This document shows positions 20,351 through 32,965 of a stretch of DNA of 64,000 nucleotides, piece after piece. The first letter of the stretch is position 1. Each line of letters starts with the position of its first letter. The notes beneath the pieces were generated by a model, which saw nothing but the letters and a program-made list of their open reading frames with translations, made no database searches and was not told the origin of the DNA. The stretch is taken from assembly GCF_009914755.1 (NCBI RefSeq), contig NC_060932.1. One strand, written 5' to 3'. Position numbers and translations under genes: made by a program. The DNA comes from the human T2T-CHM13v2.0 reference genome, Homo sapiens.

Positions 20351-22102
20351 CTAAGGACAGGCCAGGGCGGCGGGAGAGGCGGACCGGTGGCGTGGCTGGA
20401 TCTGGGCGCGCTGTCGGACCTTCCACATCACCAGCTGCAGGCAGGCGTTTGCGTCCTCGCTGGAGTTGTGGCCGTCCTGGCTGTCCTGGATGATCTGTGC
20501 CAGGTAGTCGGCCGCGAGATTCCTGAGGGAGCGCTTGTAGGGGAAACCCAGGTAGTGCGGGAAGAGCACGGCCGTGTCCACCACGGTGCTGTGGATGAGC
20601 TTCAGGGCCAGCAGGTCGCTCTCCAGGCTGTGCCCGATGAGGATGGTTTGGGCGCTGAAAAAGCTCAGCAGGATGGCTTGGACTTGGGGCAACGTGATGC
20701 TCGTCTTGGCGACGTCGGCCTCGGTGACTCCGGAAAACCTGGTGTTGTAGTCCACGATCTCGTTGTCGGGCTTGACGAAGGTGTCGTACACCACTCGCAT
20801 GTCGGCGTCCACCACGGTGACGCGGGTCAGCTCTAGGCCATGCGTGGTGTAGCACATCTCACAGTCCAAGGCGTAGATTCCTGGATAAGCGTCTCTGGAC
20901 AACTCTTTCTTGAAGGTCTCCACGAAGCCATCGAGGCTCTCCTTGCGGCCGTCCCGCACGTGCTGCTTTGCCACCTGGCAGCCCACAGAGCCAGGAGCAG
21001 CTGCACAGCAGGTGTACTGGCTAACCCGGCCTCCAGCCACCTGGCTCGAGCGGACCCGCCCCCAGTGATAATAACACAACTGGTCGCGTACACAGCGGCC
21101 CGAGGAGGACACCAGGTACTCGGTGCCACAACGGCAGCAGACCCTGCAGGAGGAGTCGCCGGGCCCCTTCCCCTGGCCAGTGAAGAGGACGGCGCCTCCG
21201 GGCCGCTCGGGGTGCGGGAAGGGGTAGCCGTTCTCCTTGAGCTGGTCCTGGGTGAGCAGGAACTCCTGGAGGCGGCTGTACAGGGCGGCCCTGCTGAGGC
21301 CGGGCATGGAGCTGGGGGTCAGGCCCTTCAGTCTCTTGAGGGTGTTCAGGACCACGTTCAGGTACCTGTTCTTGTTGGGGCTGCAGTCGTAGGCCACCTT
21401 CTCCTCGTTCAGCGCCTTCTCCTCGGCCTCCTGCTTGGAGGCGCAGAACTTGAGACACTCTTCGGTGAACAGTTGGAGATAGCCTCGGCGGACGACGGTG
21501 GGGACTTGGCACCCAGAGCTTCGGAGGATAATGGGTTTCTTCAAACTCAAACTCGGTAAGGATGCACGACGGACGATTCGCTTAGAGCTGGTGGTGGCGG
21601 TGGTCTTGCATGCCATCCCTGACCTGTTGCGCGTCTTCCCTGGCTGTCTGCCGACCTTGGAGCCACGGGAGCGTTGGCTGCTGCTGGCCACCCGGGTTCT
21701 CTTGGCATCTGTGTAACCTGTGACCAAGCAAGGGCTGGAAGAGTGGGCGATCGTCTTCCTCTTCCTGGGGGCTGAGATGCGGACTCCCGAGGGCCTCTCT
21801 GTCAGCCTTGGGGCGGCTGGCAAGCGGCAGGCCGATCCCCTCTGCGCAGGGAAGTAGCACGACTCCGTCACCATCTTGGGCCACGCTGGGGGCACCGCCG
21901 GACCCCTGTTCTGGGGCTCCGCCTGGATGTCCACAAATGCTGAGGCCTGCTTGTGCATCTGGGGCACCCAGAGCCCGAAGCTCTGGGCAGGCTGATGAGA
22001 GGGCAGTGGGAATTCTGGAGCCTCGAGGGCCGCCTCCTCGGCCACCTTCTTAGCTTCTGGGTATCCAGGTGGGAACCAGCAGGGAGCTGTGGCTCGCAAC
22101 AT
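20351..22102 (-). CDS. REXO1L2P: REXO1-like exonuclease, 583-aa terminal copy with a single N-terminal repeat
   Basis: Intact ORF matching the C-terminal 583 aa of copy 1 except L>V (VLRR>VVRR, 9303 vs 21493). The length matches my recollection of the GOR-like REXO1L2P protein. Confidence 0.82.
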   Translation of the reverse strand: MLRATAPCWFPPGYPEAKKVAEEAALEAPEFPLPSHQPAQSFGLWVPQMHKQASAFVDIQAEPQNRGPAVPPAWPKMVTESCYFPAQRGSACRLPAAPRLTERPSGVRISAPRKRKTIAHSSSPCLVTGYTDAKRTRVASSSQRSRGSKVGRQPGKTRNRSGMACKTTATTSSKRIVRRASLPSLSLKKPIILRSSGCQVPTVVRRGYLQLFTEECLKFCASKQEAEEKALNEEKVAYDCSPNKNRYLNVVLNTLKRLKGLTPSSMPGLSRAALYSRLQEFLLTQDQLKENGYPFPHPERPGGAVLFTGQGKGPGDSSCRVCCRCGTEYLVSSSGRCVRDQLCYYHWGRVRSSQVAGGRVSQYTCCAAAPGSVGCQVAKQHVRDGRKESLDGFVETFKKELSRDAYPGIYALDCEMCYTTHGLELTRVTVVDADMRVVYDTFVKPDNEIVDYNTRFSGVTEADVAKTSITLPQVQAILLSFFSAQTILIGHSLESDLLALKLIHSTVVDTAVLFPHYLGFPYKRSLRNLAADYLAQIIQDSQDGHNSSEDANACLQLVMWKVRQRAQIQPRHRSASPAALACP

Positions 22103-22187
22103 CTTGCTGCCTTCGGGAGCACCGGCCTGGCTCTGCTCCTCTCCCCACTGGCGGCTTCAATCAGTGTCGCGGTGGTCGCGCATCGCC

Positions 22188-22254
22188 TTTATATAGGCAT
22201 GGGTCAGAGTGGGTGGGGCTTCTTCTTGATTACGTTGGTACTTTATTCTAATCA
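22188..22254 (-). promoter_or_regulatory. Core promoter of terminal copy: TATATAAA (22188-22195), GGGTGGGG box and AATCA homeobox-like motifs
   Basis: CGCCTTTATATAGGCA is identical to copy 1 although the surrounding sequence is diverged. Confidence 0.68.
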
Positions 22255-22641
22255 CACTAAATCTCATCTTCCACCAGACTCCAGCTTCGGAATGCCTCAG
22301 AGGGTCTGCTAATGGAAGCAACTGGATCTCCTGGTTGCTAACCTTGGAGCTAGGTTGCTTTTCCTGAGTTAATTTACTGTGCCTGCACAGCAGTCCTATA
22401 GTGGCTACTGGAACTGGGCTACTTAGGAGTAAAATGAGGTTCATGGAGGTTGTTCAACTTGTTCGGGCCCAGACAACATCCCACGGACCCAGGACTGGTG
22501 CAGCAGTCCGCTGCATGCTGGCGGGCAGGATCTCTCTGGGGTTGCGTTTCCCTGCTCTGTGCACTCTTCCACTGTGGGCAATTGGAGGACAGGAAGTGGA
22601 CCACATCCACTTCTGTCCCAGGACATGGGCAATGTTGAATA

Positions 22642-23113
22642 CTGGGGGTCTTCAAAAAATTCATAGAAAATGCACATGGTTAAAAAACTATTCATGGATT
22701 TCAGTTAGTTTGCACTAAAATAAACTTGTAGTAACTTTTTACAACCTTTCTGAACTAGACGTAGTTTGAGGCATAAAGAAGGATGAGACATCCACTGAAA
22801 ACATCTCCTATCAGAGCAACATGAATTCCGCTAAAGTTGCAGCAAGAACAAACATTAAATTTATGGTGAAGCTTGAGTGGAATAATGTAGAAATTATTGA
22901 TGTTTTATGAAAAGCTTGTAAGGACAATACCCCCACAGAAATCAGCCGTTTACCAATGTAGAGTTTGTTTTAAGAAGAGATGAGAAGATGTAGAAGGTGA
23001 ATTCTGCAGTGGCTATGAAAACCAACTGCTATGGAAACCATTGTGGCCAGATCAGCTGCAGTTAGGAGGAGAGCTTTCAGTGGAAATTTTAAACAGGAGA
23101 GATCATGGTCCTG
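22642..23113 (+). mobile_element. Diverged paralogous HSMAR2 remnant at the array edge
   Basis: TA followed by the CTGGGGGTCTTCAAAAAATTCAT terminus. Same insertion site and same internal deletion as 10727-11181. Confidence 0.85.
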
Positions 23114-23356
23114 TCTAAAATGTAAACTAAAAATGCAAACATTATCTGAGCATGATGGCGGGTGCTGGTAATCCCAGCTACTCGGGAAGCTGAGGTAGGA
23201 GAATTGAACCCAGGAGTTGGAGGTTGCAGTGAGCCGAGATCTCGCCACTGCACTACCGCCTGGGCGACAGAGCGAGACTCTGTCTCAAAAAAAACAAACA
23301 AAACAAACAAACAAAAAAACAAAAAACAAAAAACCCAAACAAACAAACAAAAAAGA
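23114..23356 (+). mobile_element. Alu right arm with long (A3-6C)n tail
   Basis: TAATCCCAGCTACTCGGGAAGCTGAGG...GCGAGACTCTGTCTC followed by AAAC repeats. Confidence 0.88.
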
Positions 23357-24674
23357 ACTTGCAATGTTCCAGTTATTTATCCATAATACCTTCCTCATAA
23401 AAATTCAGGAAAGGGATATTAGTTTGGGGAAATAGTTTCTCCAAAGTCTAGAAAATCTTGAAATAACTCTGCCACCTGTGAAATTTCATCTTCTCACTGA
23501 GAATACTCTCACCTCCCAGATATATTTTCTCTCATGTAACCAGCTGTGGGTACACAGTGAGGGTCTGGCTGTCATTTGCTGTTTTTCCTGCTGACCACTT
23601 CTTTCTTTAGCTGTACTTTCTTTAAATGCAGTGAAAGTCTGCATCTGGTCAAAGACTCATTGTGTCTTTAGGCCTGTGAGGCATTTTTATTCTCCTATTA
23701 TGTACTGATTTAATTAGGTCATTTCTCAGAACTTTCCTGACCCCCGCTGGCACAGCACACAAAGGTCTGCAGAATTTTCTACTTCTATAAATCCTCAAGC
23801 ATTCAGCCAGCACCTGTGAGTGCTTTTCTCAACTCAGACCCTCACAAAATACAGCTTTTCTCAACTCAGACCTCATTTTAATATAGAGGATGTGTGTGCT
23901 TGAAACCCTGGACGTTATTTTCATTGCAGTTAGAAAGTTTGTTATCAAATCCTATTTATAATGTTTTTGAACGGTGGCCTCATGTTGAACATAACAATGA
24001 TGAAGAAATACAAAGCAGCCTGCATAGGTGGTGACAGAAGCGTGAGGACCCGGCAAAGTCAGGGAGAGTTAAGTGGACCAATTATGCAATCTGCGCAACA
24101 GAGACAAAGGATCTGCAGCATGGCTCCACCCATGCATCCAAGACAATGATCTCCTGCTGAAGAACTTCTAGACTGGCCTGTGGGGTTCTTTTGGTATCAG
24201 ACCATTGTTCTTTGCTTCCCCATTTATTGCTTCTGTAACACACAGATTGGTTTAAAGCTTTTAAAAATCTATTAAATTTTCTCTATACCCCTGTTGAAAC
24301 AAATTCTATGGTTAATTTCTTACATACTACTTTAAAAAATATTTTTGTTCTTACTCATCTCTCAGAGATTACTCATTCATGCTAATGCTTCTGGTCAAAA
24401 CATGTGTGTTCCATTTTTCACACTATTCTTCATCTTCTAGATTTCAATTTTGACCAATTTTTAGTCTTTTAGGTTATAGGCCCACGAGTTCTAAATGCTA
24501 GTAAGGTATTAATATGGACTCCATTGATCTACTGCTGAAAGAAGTGAAAGGAAACTCTTGTATTAGATAATTTTAGAAGTCTGAGGAGGGCAACTGTTAC
24601 TAGTAATTAGCACCTTATCAATATAACATATAAAATGAGATGATGGATGAGAGAAATAGTGGGAGAAAGTGCTT

Positions 24675-25275
24675 GCATCAGTGTTCTATTGCAGCATAAA
24701 AAGTTACCACAAACTCAGTGGCTTCAAACAACACAAATTTATTATCTAACAGTTTCTGTAGGTTGGAAGTCCAGGAATGGCAGGGCTGGGATCTCTGCTC
24801 AGGGGCTGATCAGGCTGAAATGTAGGTGTCTACAGGGGCGTGGTTTTCAAATGGAGTGCTTTCAACCTCACTGGTTGTTGGAAAAGTTCATTTTTTTCTC
24901 AGTAGTAGTTGTGCACTCTCCATTTTCCTGCTGGCTTTTACCCAGGGGCCATTCTCAGCTTCTAGAAGATGCCACAGGTCCTTGCCTCTGGCCCCCACAG
25001 GCAGTTCATGCATGGAGGTTTACATTTTTCTGGGCCAGCCTGAGCATATCTCTCTGAACTCTTCTGCTCTGGCCATCCAGAAAAATTCTCTGCCTTTAAA
25101 GGTCTCATTGTAGGTTAGGCTCTCCCAGGATAGTCTCCTTATTTGGTATCTTAATTACATCCAAGAAATCCCTTCACTTCAGCATGCGAATTGGTGTTTA
25201 ATTGAATAATTGGGAGAAGGTGCGAGTACACCAGGGGCCCTAAATCTTGGGAATGTTTTAGGATTCTGCCCACCA
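24675..25275 (-). mobile_element. MLT1-type MaLR LTR
   Basis: TTACCACAAACTCAGTGGCTTCAAACAACACAAATTTATTATCT...ATTCTGCCCACCA. Confidence 0.75.
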
Positions 25276-25569
25276 AAATGGTCTGGGGAGAAATGAAGAA
25301 AACTTTTTTATGCTGAATATCCAGTGTACGGCGAATGAGCTGCTTGTGCCTAGTAACTGTAAGTGATTGAAGTCACAGCCTAGGTGCAGGTGGCCTCTCT
25401 GAACAGATTCCTGGGTTAAAAGGGCTCCCTTTCGTCAACCTCCTCTATCTACTTCCTTTCCACTGATGGCAAGTTTTACAAAGAAACCCACCCTACACTG
25501 AACATAGGGGTTCTTTAAGACTTCTGGACTTGATATGCAATCTACAGATCTCTTATTTGAGTCGCTTTT

Positions 25570-26130
25570 TAAAAATTAACTTTATTATTGAAGTATGATA
25601 TTCATATAAAAAGTGACCTAATCATAAGCGTTCAGCTCAACAAATGATCACAGAGTGAACACACCCACATAACCACACTCATCTCAAGAAAGAGAAGCAT
25701 CCCAAAGGCTCCCTTAATGTCCCCTCCCAGGCTTTATATCCTCCTACTTCTCTTAAATTAACCATTACCCTGATTTTTGATACCATAGGATTAGGTTTGC
25801 CTGTTTTGTGAGCTTTTTTATAACTAAAAACTTATAAATAACCTTTTCGTCAGACGTCTTTCATTCAATATTGTGTTTGTGAGTTTCCATTGGAAGAACA
25901 TGCCACAATTTATTTGGCCATTCTATTGTTGATGAACCTTTGCACTGTTTCCAGTTTTTGACTTCTACAAATAATTCTGTGAACATCTTTGAACCTGTAT
26001 TTTGGCGGGCTGTGCACACCTGCCTGTTGTGCATATTCCTAGGAGTGGAAATGGCAGGTTATAGAGAAGGCATGAGTCCTACTAAAACATTTACTGCCAA
26101 AGAGCATCTCCACCCTTAACTGTGGTTAAT
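25570..26130 (-). mobile_element. Ancient L1M 3' fragment
   Basis: CACAATTTATTTGGCCATTCTATTGTTGATG...TTCCTAGGAGTGGAAATGGCAGGT. Confidence 0.65.
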
Positions 26131-26431
26131 GTTCCAGTTTGGAGACTGTTTTACCCTCTATGCAGAGTAAACTTCCAATCTGCTACTGCAGTGGAAAGGC
26201 TCAGCCATCTACCTAGCGGAGTGAGTGAGGAAAGGGGTCTGGGGATTCAGCAGCCTCTTATAGTTTCAACTCATTCTCCCTATTTTAGCCAGCCCATCTC
26301 TCCTCAACCCCTTCAAGAGTTACCTGATGCTGTCAGCTTCAGAACATTTTGTCTTCTTTCATGGCACAAATTAGATTGCTTTTCAGCTTTCCTTATCATC
26401 AGTTTCGGATTCATTTTCCCCAGATCTGCTG

Positions 26432-26813
26432 CCTTTTTCTTTTCTCTTTTCTTTTCTTTTTTCTTTTCCCTCCCCTCCCCTTCCCCTCCCCTCCCCTCCC
26501 ATCCCATCCCTTCCCGTTCCCTCCCCTTCCCTCCCCTTCCCTCCCACCCTTCCCTTCCCCGTCCCCTCGCCCCTCCTCCCATCTCCCGTCTCCTCCTCTC
26601 CCCTCCCCTTTCCCCTCCCCTTCCCTTTCCCCTCCCCTTCCCTTGCCCCTCCCCTTCCCCTCCTCTCCCTTCCCATCCCCTCCTCTCCCCTCCCCTTCCC
26701 CTCCTCTCCCCTCCCCTTTCCCTCCTCTCCCCTCCCCTTTCTCTCCTCTCCCCTCCTCTTCCCCTCTCCTCTCCTCCCCTCCCCCCCCTTCCCTTCCCTT
26801 CTTTTCCTTTTTT
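26432..26813. repeat. ~380-bp polypyrimidine (CCCCT/CCCTT) low-complexity tract forming an Alu tail
   Basis: Almost exclusively C and T. Confidence 0.95.
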
Positions 26814-27041
26814 GAAGATAAAATCTCACTCTGTTGCCCAGGCTGGAGTGCAGTGGTATGATCTCGGCTCACTGCAGGCTCAACCTCCTGGGCTCAAGCA
26901 ATCCTCCCACCTCAGTCTCCAGAGTAGAGATGAAGTTTTGCCATATTGCCCCAGACTGGTCTCAAACTTCTGAGCTCAAGCAATCTGCCTGATTCAGCCT
27001 CCCAAAGTGCTGAGATTCCAGGTGTGAGCCATTACACCTGG
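26806..27041 (-). mobile_element. AluJ-like element with internal deletion
   Basis: CTCTGTTGCCCAGGCTGGAGTGCAGTGG...GGGCTCAAGCAATCCTCCCACCTCAG. Confidence 0.85.
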
Positions 27042-29773
27042 AAAAAAGAGGCTGCCTTTTTCATCTCTCCTGTTTTCGAGATTTTTGATGCTGCCATGCC
27101 CTCTCCCATTTTTTTGCCCCTATGGTTTATACCTTTAAGACAAAGTTCATTGTCTTTTGTTTTAATGAGGAGCTGGAAGAGAACAAAAGAAGAAAGCACA
27201 TGTGTTTAACGCTATCTATCTGGTGAGGTAATATTCCTTTAAATGTTCAACATTCCTCCCGGAGTAAAGGGGTAAAGGAAGTTTCTTTGCATTATTTGAA
27301 ATGGCTCATGGCTTCACAAAATAAGACTGTAGCCTGCTTCCTGTGGGTAGGATTTTGTTTCTCTCTTTTGTTATTGTTTTGGAGACATTTATGCATTTTT
27401 ATTTTGCTTATAATGTGTCACAAGGAAACATACCATCTGCAGCACCAAGTCTAACAACATATAACCGTATGTTGATAGAACCAAAGATATTTATCAGCTG
27501 TGACTTCTGCAGTGATGGGTTAGTTATTAAGATATTTTTGAATTATTTAGATGTTTGTTTCTGTTTTATGCCAGTAGTTTGAGAAAATATGTAGCTTAGA
27601 TCTCAATATAAACTGTTTTGCTGTGCATATTTAGGGGGAACAGATAGCACTAGTAGAATTAACAATGTTGTCCAATTGATAGATTCAAACACAGTCAAGA
27701 GTGTCTAGTGATATTGAACTCTGAAAATTGTGCCAAGTTATTCTGTGCCTACAGGCAGAATCACCTTGAGGTACATTTTTTATTATTATTATTATAGGAG
27801 AAATTACTTGAGGGGCCTACGTCAGTTAGGGTAAGGCAAGACCAACATATACCTATTGTCCTGGGGAGGAGGGGAGGAGAAATAATAGACCATATGCAGG
27901 CCCCTGAAAGTGACCCTTCCAATGTCATTTGGATTAGAAAATGGTCCTGAAAAGAAAGTGGGAAAATTTACCCAGGCACCAAGTAACTGCTTGGAAGTAA
28001 AGAGATCAAGGTTCTTTTGTTTTCTTCATGGGTTTTGGTGTTAGAAAAACCTTTCTACTGTGTTGGAATGGCAATGAAAGATGTCCCCTGGTAGGAAAGG
28101 ACATCACAGGTCTTGGAGGGAAGGTTGCCATGAATGAAAAGGGAGTGTGTATTTTAACTAGGGCCTAGAGACCCCTGGCATAGGGCTGACTCTGATACAG
28201 GAGGCAGATAAGGCTGAGAACCCTGCAGACCCACCCTACTCAGGCATATTGGTCCTGTTTTGGTATCAATGGTTAAATATGTGTGTACAAAGTAAACAGC
28301 TCAAATAGGCGGGTTTTCCAGGAGCCTCTGCTATAATCAGGACAAGTAGAGGCTTTACCGACAGTGATTATCCTATGGACCTTGGGGCCTTGGAAACACC
28401 AAAGTGTTCTGTGAGACACTATGTGACAATAATAGACACTGAGGCAAAGGAACAGAATCGGTGACACGGGGGGACCAGCCAGATGCTAGTTTACTCTCTG
28501 CCTGGCATTTGGAAAGAGAATTAATTCTTTTGAGCTGAGTAATTCTTGAACAGTTTCAATGAGAGAACATGTATACAGTGTTGATACTCCAGGAATGAGA
28601 TCTCAGACTTTCTAGTATGAATGTATGTGAATTCCTAAATTGTTAACAGAAAAAATAGGAGATTAGACAATATTTTCATCTGGTGAAGCAGATTGTACCT
28701 CTCAATTTTTGTTAATGAGATCCCACCTTTCTGCCATATATATGTGTATCTCGTTTTAGATAATCTTCCATTAGTCAATGTTGAAAATTGGCACCCACAT
28801 TGCAGGATTGTGATTAGGATTAAAAAGAAAGTAACGAATGCAAACACTTAACACAGTGCTTGACACATAGTGAATGCTAAATAAATCTTTATTGTTTCTG
28901 TTCTCTCAAGTTCTTTCTGGTTGCTACAAAGTGTTTATAGCACCAGGGTGTAGAAAAGCCATCTATGTTATGGGCTTTGTGATCTTAGCACAGAAGAAAC
29001 ATCTGTGTTATGGGCTCTGTGATTTTAAGCAATTTACAGTCACCTTCAGAATGGGAAATACTACAGCAGTTTCCCAGGGGTGTTGCAAAGGTTGAATAAG
29101 ACAAAGTATGTGGCAACCGCCTCAAATACAGCACTAAAGGTCATGCAAAGTGAAGTTCTTTTGATTTTTAGTATCATTCCAAGGAAATGCCAAATCTGGC
29201 TCAGTAGTTAGACAATTATAGTGGCTAATCCTGAATCTTCATCTCTGCATTGAATAGTTCTCCCAGTGAACCTTCAAAGGAGAAAAAGATTGGAGGTAGA
29301 TTCTTATTCCTTTCATTTCTTGAGGGGCATGCTGTTTTCTGTCATTTTTGGGGGATTGTTCATTGCTAGTACTTTCCCATGAGGGCATAAAGTGGTAGAC
29401 AAAGATAATTGGTCAATATTGTTTGAGTTGCTTTAACCTAGGAGTCTGACTGCCTTCCTCCCTCCCCACTGAGTTCACTAGTACTGTATCTCTAAGTGCC
29501 TGAGTTCCAGCTCTTGTTCAACAGCAGCCAGTTTCACAATCTTGGCCAGGAGGGAATAATTGAAACCAGCAGAAGAAAGAACAGTTTTAAAAAGAGATTG
29601 CGACATGATGACTCAGTGACAATCAATTGAAGGAGAGTGGAGGAGTGGGGAAGTGCCGTGAAGGCCACTGTTTCATTCATTGAGAGTGCTGAACTGGCAC
29701 CATAAGGAAGCCAGGAAAAGCTCCATGAAGCCAGATCTCCAGGCAGAGTTCTTCAGGGCAGAGGGGCACCACG

Positions 29774-29777
<4 letters not shown>

Positions 29778-29819
<42 letters not shown>

Positions 29820-30101
29820 AGGCGGAGTTTCGCTCTTGTTGCCCAAGGCTGGAGTGTGATTTCGTGATCTCGGCTCACCGCAACCTCCGCCTCCTGGCTT
29901 CAAGCGATTCCCCTGCCTCAGCCTCCTGAATAGGTGGGATTACAGGCATGCACCACCATGCTTGTCTAATTTTGTATTTTTAGTAGAGATGAGGTGTCTC
30001 CATGTTGGTCAGGCTGGTCTAGAACTCCCAACCTCAGATGATCCACCCGCCTCGGCCTCCCAAAGTGCTGGAATTACAGGCGTGAACCACCGTGCCCAGC
30101 C
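29778..30101 (-). mobile_element. Full-length Alu (AluSp-like) with a pure 41-nt poly(A) tail
   Basis: T run at 29778-29818, then GAGTTTCGCTCTTGTTGCCC and CTCACCGCAACCTCC. Confidence 0.92.
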
Positions 30102-30995
30102 TTTTTTTTTTTTTCCCCCAATTCCTGCAAAAGTGAGAAAGTGACCATTTCCCACAGGCAGTGGCTAAATACCAGGCATCCGGAGGGAAGCTGCGTGCGC
30201 ACTCTCGGAATGTCCCAGGTCCTGATCTCGTCCTCACCACTTAGCTCCCATGGAAATTCGATTAGCGGCTTGGGAACAGTGGTGCTCATTTGAGGAGAAT
30301 GCCAGCACTCTCTTCCACTCTGTTGATTATCTGTTCTTTACTACTTGGAATCATTCTTTCCGATTATGTTATCCCTGGCATCGGAATGCAGTTGTTGTGT
30401 TTCTGCCATCGGAAATGATTTCCCGAGTGATTCTCTCATCTCTTCCAGACATCTCTCTCCCCTTTCTCCTGCACCCCCGCCCCATTTGTCTGGCAGTGAG
30501 TGAGTCAGAGCTTCTTTCTTCTTTCTCTTTGCCGCTGGCATTAAAAGGAGACTCCTTAGCAGCTGCTCAGCTACCTCCCAGAGACAGCAGCCTTTCCGCA
30601 GTGGGAGCACTGATTTTATTGATTCTCTGCAGGTTTTCTAAATAGCGGGTCTTCCGTAAATCAAGCCTCATTGTGACTGTGAGTGAAATGGGCAGTAAAG
30701 ACAGGTGCCAACAGTGGAAAACAATTTCCAACACATGTAGAAATTTAAGGAATTGTTATTCTTTGACTATGGCACTGCACTTTAAGATTTAGCTCGTGTT
30801 TGATTCAAGATTAAGTTTTACAGTGTTTGTCACACCAGCGTATAGAAAAATCATCCATCTCTTGCCCCTACACAGGACTCTAATTAAGTTACCTCAGACA
30901 CAGGGGTGGATTGAAAGGTTATTTATGGTACAAGATTCCTTAATTTGTTTTTGCTTGGCCTCACAAGTTTCATCCTTCCTTTGCCATCTTATCTA

Positions 30996-31200
30996 GGGCA
31001 AGGTTCTCAATCTCAATTTTACTATTTTAGGCCAAATTTATTTTATTTGATTTGATTTTTTGCTCCTATGCATTGTAGGATGTTTAGCAGCTTCCTTGGC
31101 TTCTAGCCACTAGACGCCAGTAGCATACTCCCTCCTTTCCTAATAATGACAATCAAAATTGTGCCCTGGGGACAAAATTATCCCCAGTTGAGAACTGTTG
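30996..31200. mobile_element. MER20 (hAT-Charlie)
   Basis: GCATTGTAGGATGTTTAGCAGC...CCACTAGACGCCAGTAGCA...CCAGTTGAGAAC. Confidence 0.75.
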
Positions 31201-31499
31201 GTCTAATGGAAGATAAGTAGAATAAAAGAAGGACTTAGAAGGCTTGAGCTCAAATCTTATTTCAAAGGCTCCTTAATGTAGCTTCTAACTTTAATCTTTG
31301 ATTCTGGAATGGCCTGTGCTGTTATAGCCTGCAAGCTGGCCAGTGCTGCTGGCGTGAACTCTGGGATAACGAAGCCAAAACCATGTGTCTGATCCCAAGG
31401 AGGCCACAAAGCCTGGTCAATTCTATGATCCTAGACTGTTCCTCTAATCCCAGAAAGCTGTACTTCTGGAAACTCATTCTTTTCGAGAACGGAAATTCT

Positions 31500-32480
31500 T
31501 CTTCCTACCTTCAGGCTCCATTCGTTCACCATCCAGGTAGCCACTGTTAGCAATATCTTAGATGACCTTCCAGAGTTACTTCTTGAATATGTCAGTGAAT
31601 GTGCATACAGGTTCCTGATCAATTTCCCGCTCCCCCAAATGGGCATGTTGTACATGCTAGAATGCACCATTTCTTTCTTATCAATAAATCATAGAATTAT
31701 TCCATATCAGTAGATATTTCATTTCTTCTTTTTTTGGGTAAACTGCTATATAGAATTCTATCATACAAATGTATCAACTTATTTAACTTCTTTCACTGAT
31801 TTGTACTATTATAAAAAAGTGCCATAGTGAAAAATTTGTGTAAACATCAAGAAGTGAAATTTCTTGGTCAAATGAAATATGCATTTGTAATTTTGATAGA
31901 TAATGCAAATTGTTCTCTACAGAAGTTATAGTAATTTACCTTCCCACCAGCAATACATCACAGCACCTATTTCTCTGCAGTCAGGACAACAGAGTGCTAC
32001 TACTTTGGATTTTTATCGATTGGTAGAAAATTGTTTCTCAACGTAGTTTCAATTTGCATGCATCCTACTATTGAAGAGGTTGTGTTTCTTCATATGCCTA
32101 AGAGTCATTATTTACTTTTTTGTGGACCATTTGTTCATTCCTTGCCTATTTTTCTTTTGGATTGTTGGGGTTTTTGAATGAATTTCTGTAAGTGTTATAT
32201 ATTAGGGAGACTAATCTTTTGTTATATGAATTGCAAATATGTTTTCCAATATGTCAATTGTTTTTTATTTCGTTCACAATTTTTTGCATAAATAAACTTT
32301 ACAAAAATTTTATTTCATCTAACAAACAACTTTTCCTTCATGAATTTTGGTTTCTAATTACAAAGAAATTTGTATTTTTCTTCTTTTATTATTTTCCCTT
32401 TTTCAACATCTAAATTTTTAATCCATATGGGATTTATCCAGGTAGCTCAGTATAAGTTATAGATCCAATTTTGTGTTTTC
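31500..32480 (-). mobile_element. Ancient L1M fragment
   Basis: AATTTACCTTCCCACCAGCAAT and TTGCAAATATGTTTTCC, typical of antisense L1 ORF2/3'UTR. Confidence 0.6.
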
Positions 32481-32965
32481 CACTACTCAACCCCCCCCCC
32501 AACCCCCTTGCAGAACTCACTGGCTCTCTTGTTTATTTTTTCAAAGCAGGCATTTTTAAAGGGAGCTTACTAATGTAAGGACATTTTCTACTTTTCACCA
32601 CATGAACAGTGCCTTCAGCAGTAGAGGGCTGGACTGGGGTGCAGGACTGTGGGCCATTGTCTCCTGCAGCACCTCTAGCTCCTCCAAACTACATTAAGGT
32701 CACTTCGTCTTTGCACAAAGTCCTCATGTACTTGCTCACTAGGTTTGCGGGAGTATATGGGATGAAATAGCACATAGATTAGGGGAAAGCCTGCTCCTTT
32801 TTAATTTTGTATAAATGTGGCCAGTTTGAAAAGAATCTCAAATGCATTCAGTGATTAGGAGTCAGTTGGCTCATTCTTGAGTTTGTGAGCATAGCCTGAA
32901 TAACTTCAGCGTTTGACTTTCAATGTTTACCTTCAAGTGAAAGTACTTATTTATCTGTTAACCAC

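Noticed and set aside
26122-26973. 283-aa Pro/Leu/Ser-rich ORF and Gly/Arg/Glu-rich antisense ORFs
   Set aside because: Artefacts of the CT-rich tract and the adjacent Alu.
31335-31410. Faint tRNA-like text (TAACGAAGCCAAAACCATGTGTCTGATCCC)
   Set aside because: No intact A/B boxes or cloverleaf. At most a decayed tRNA-derived SINE.
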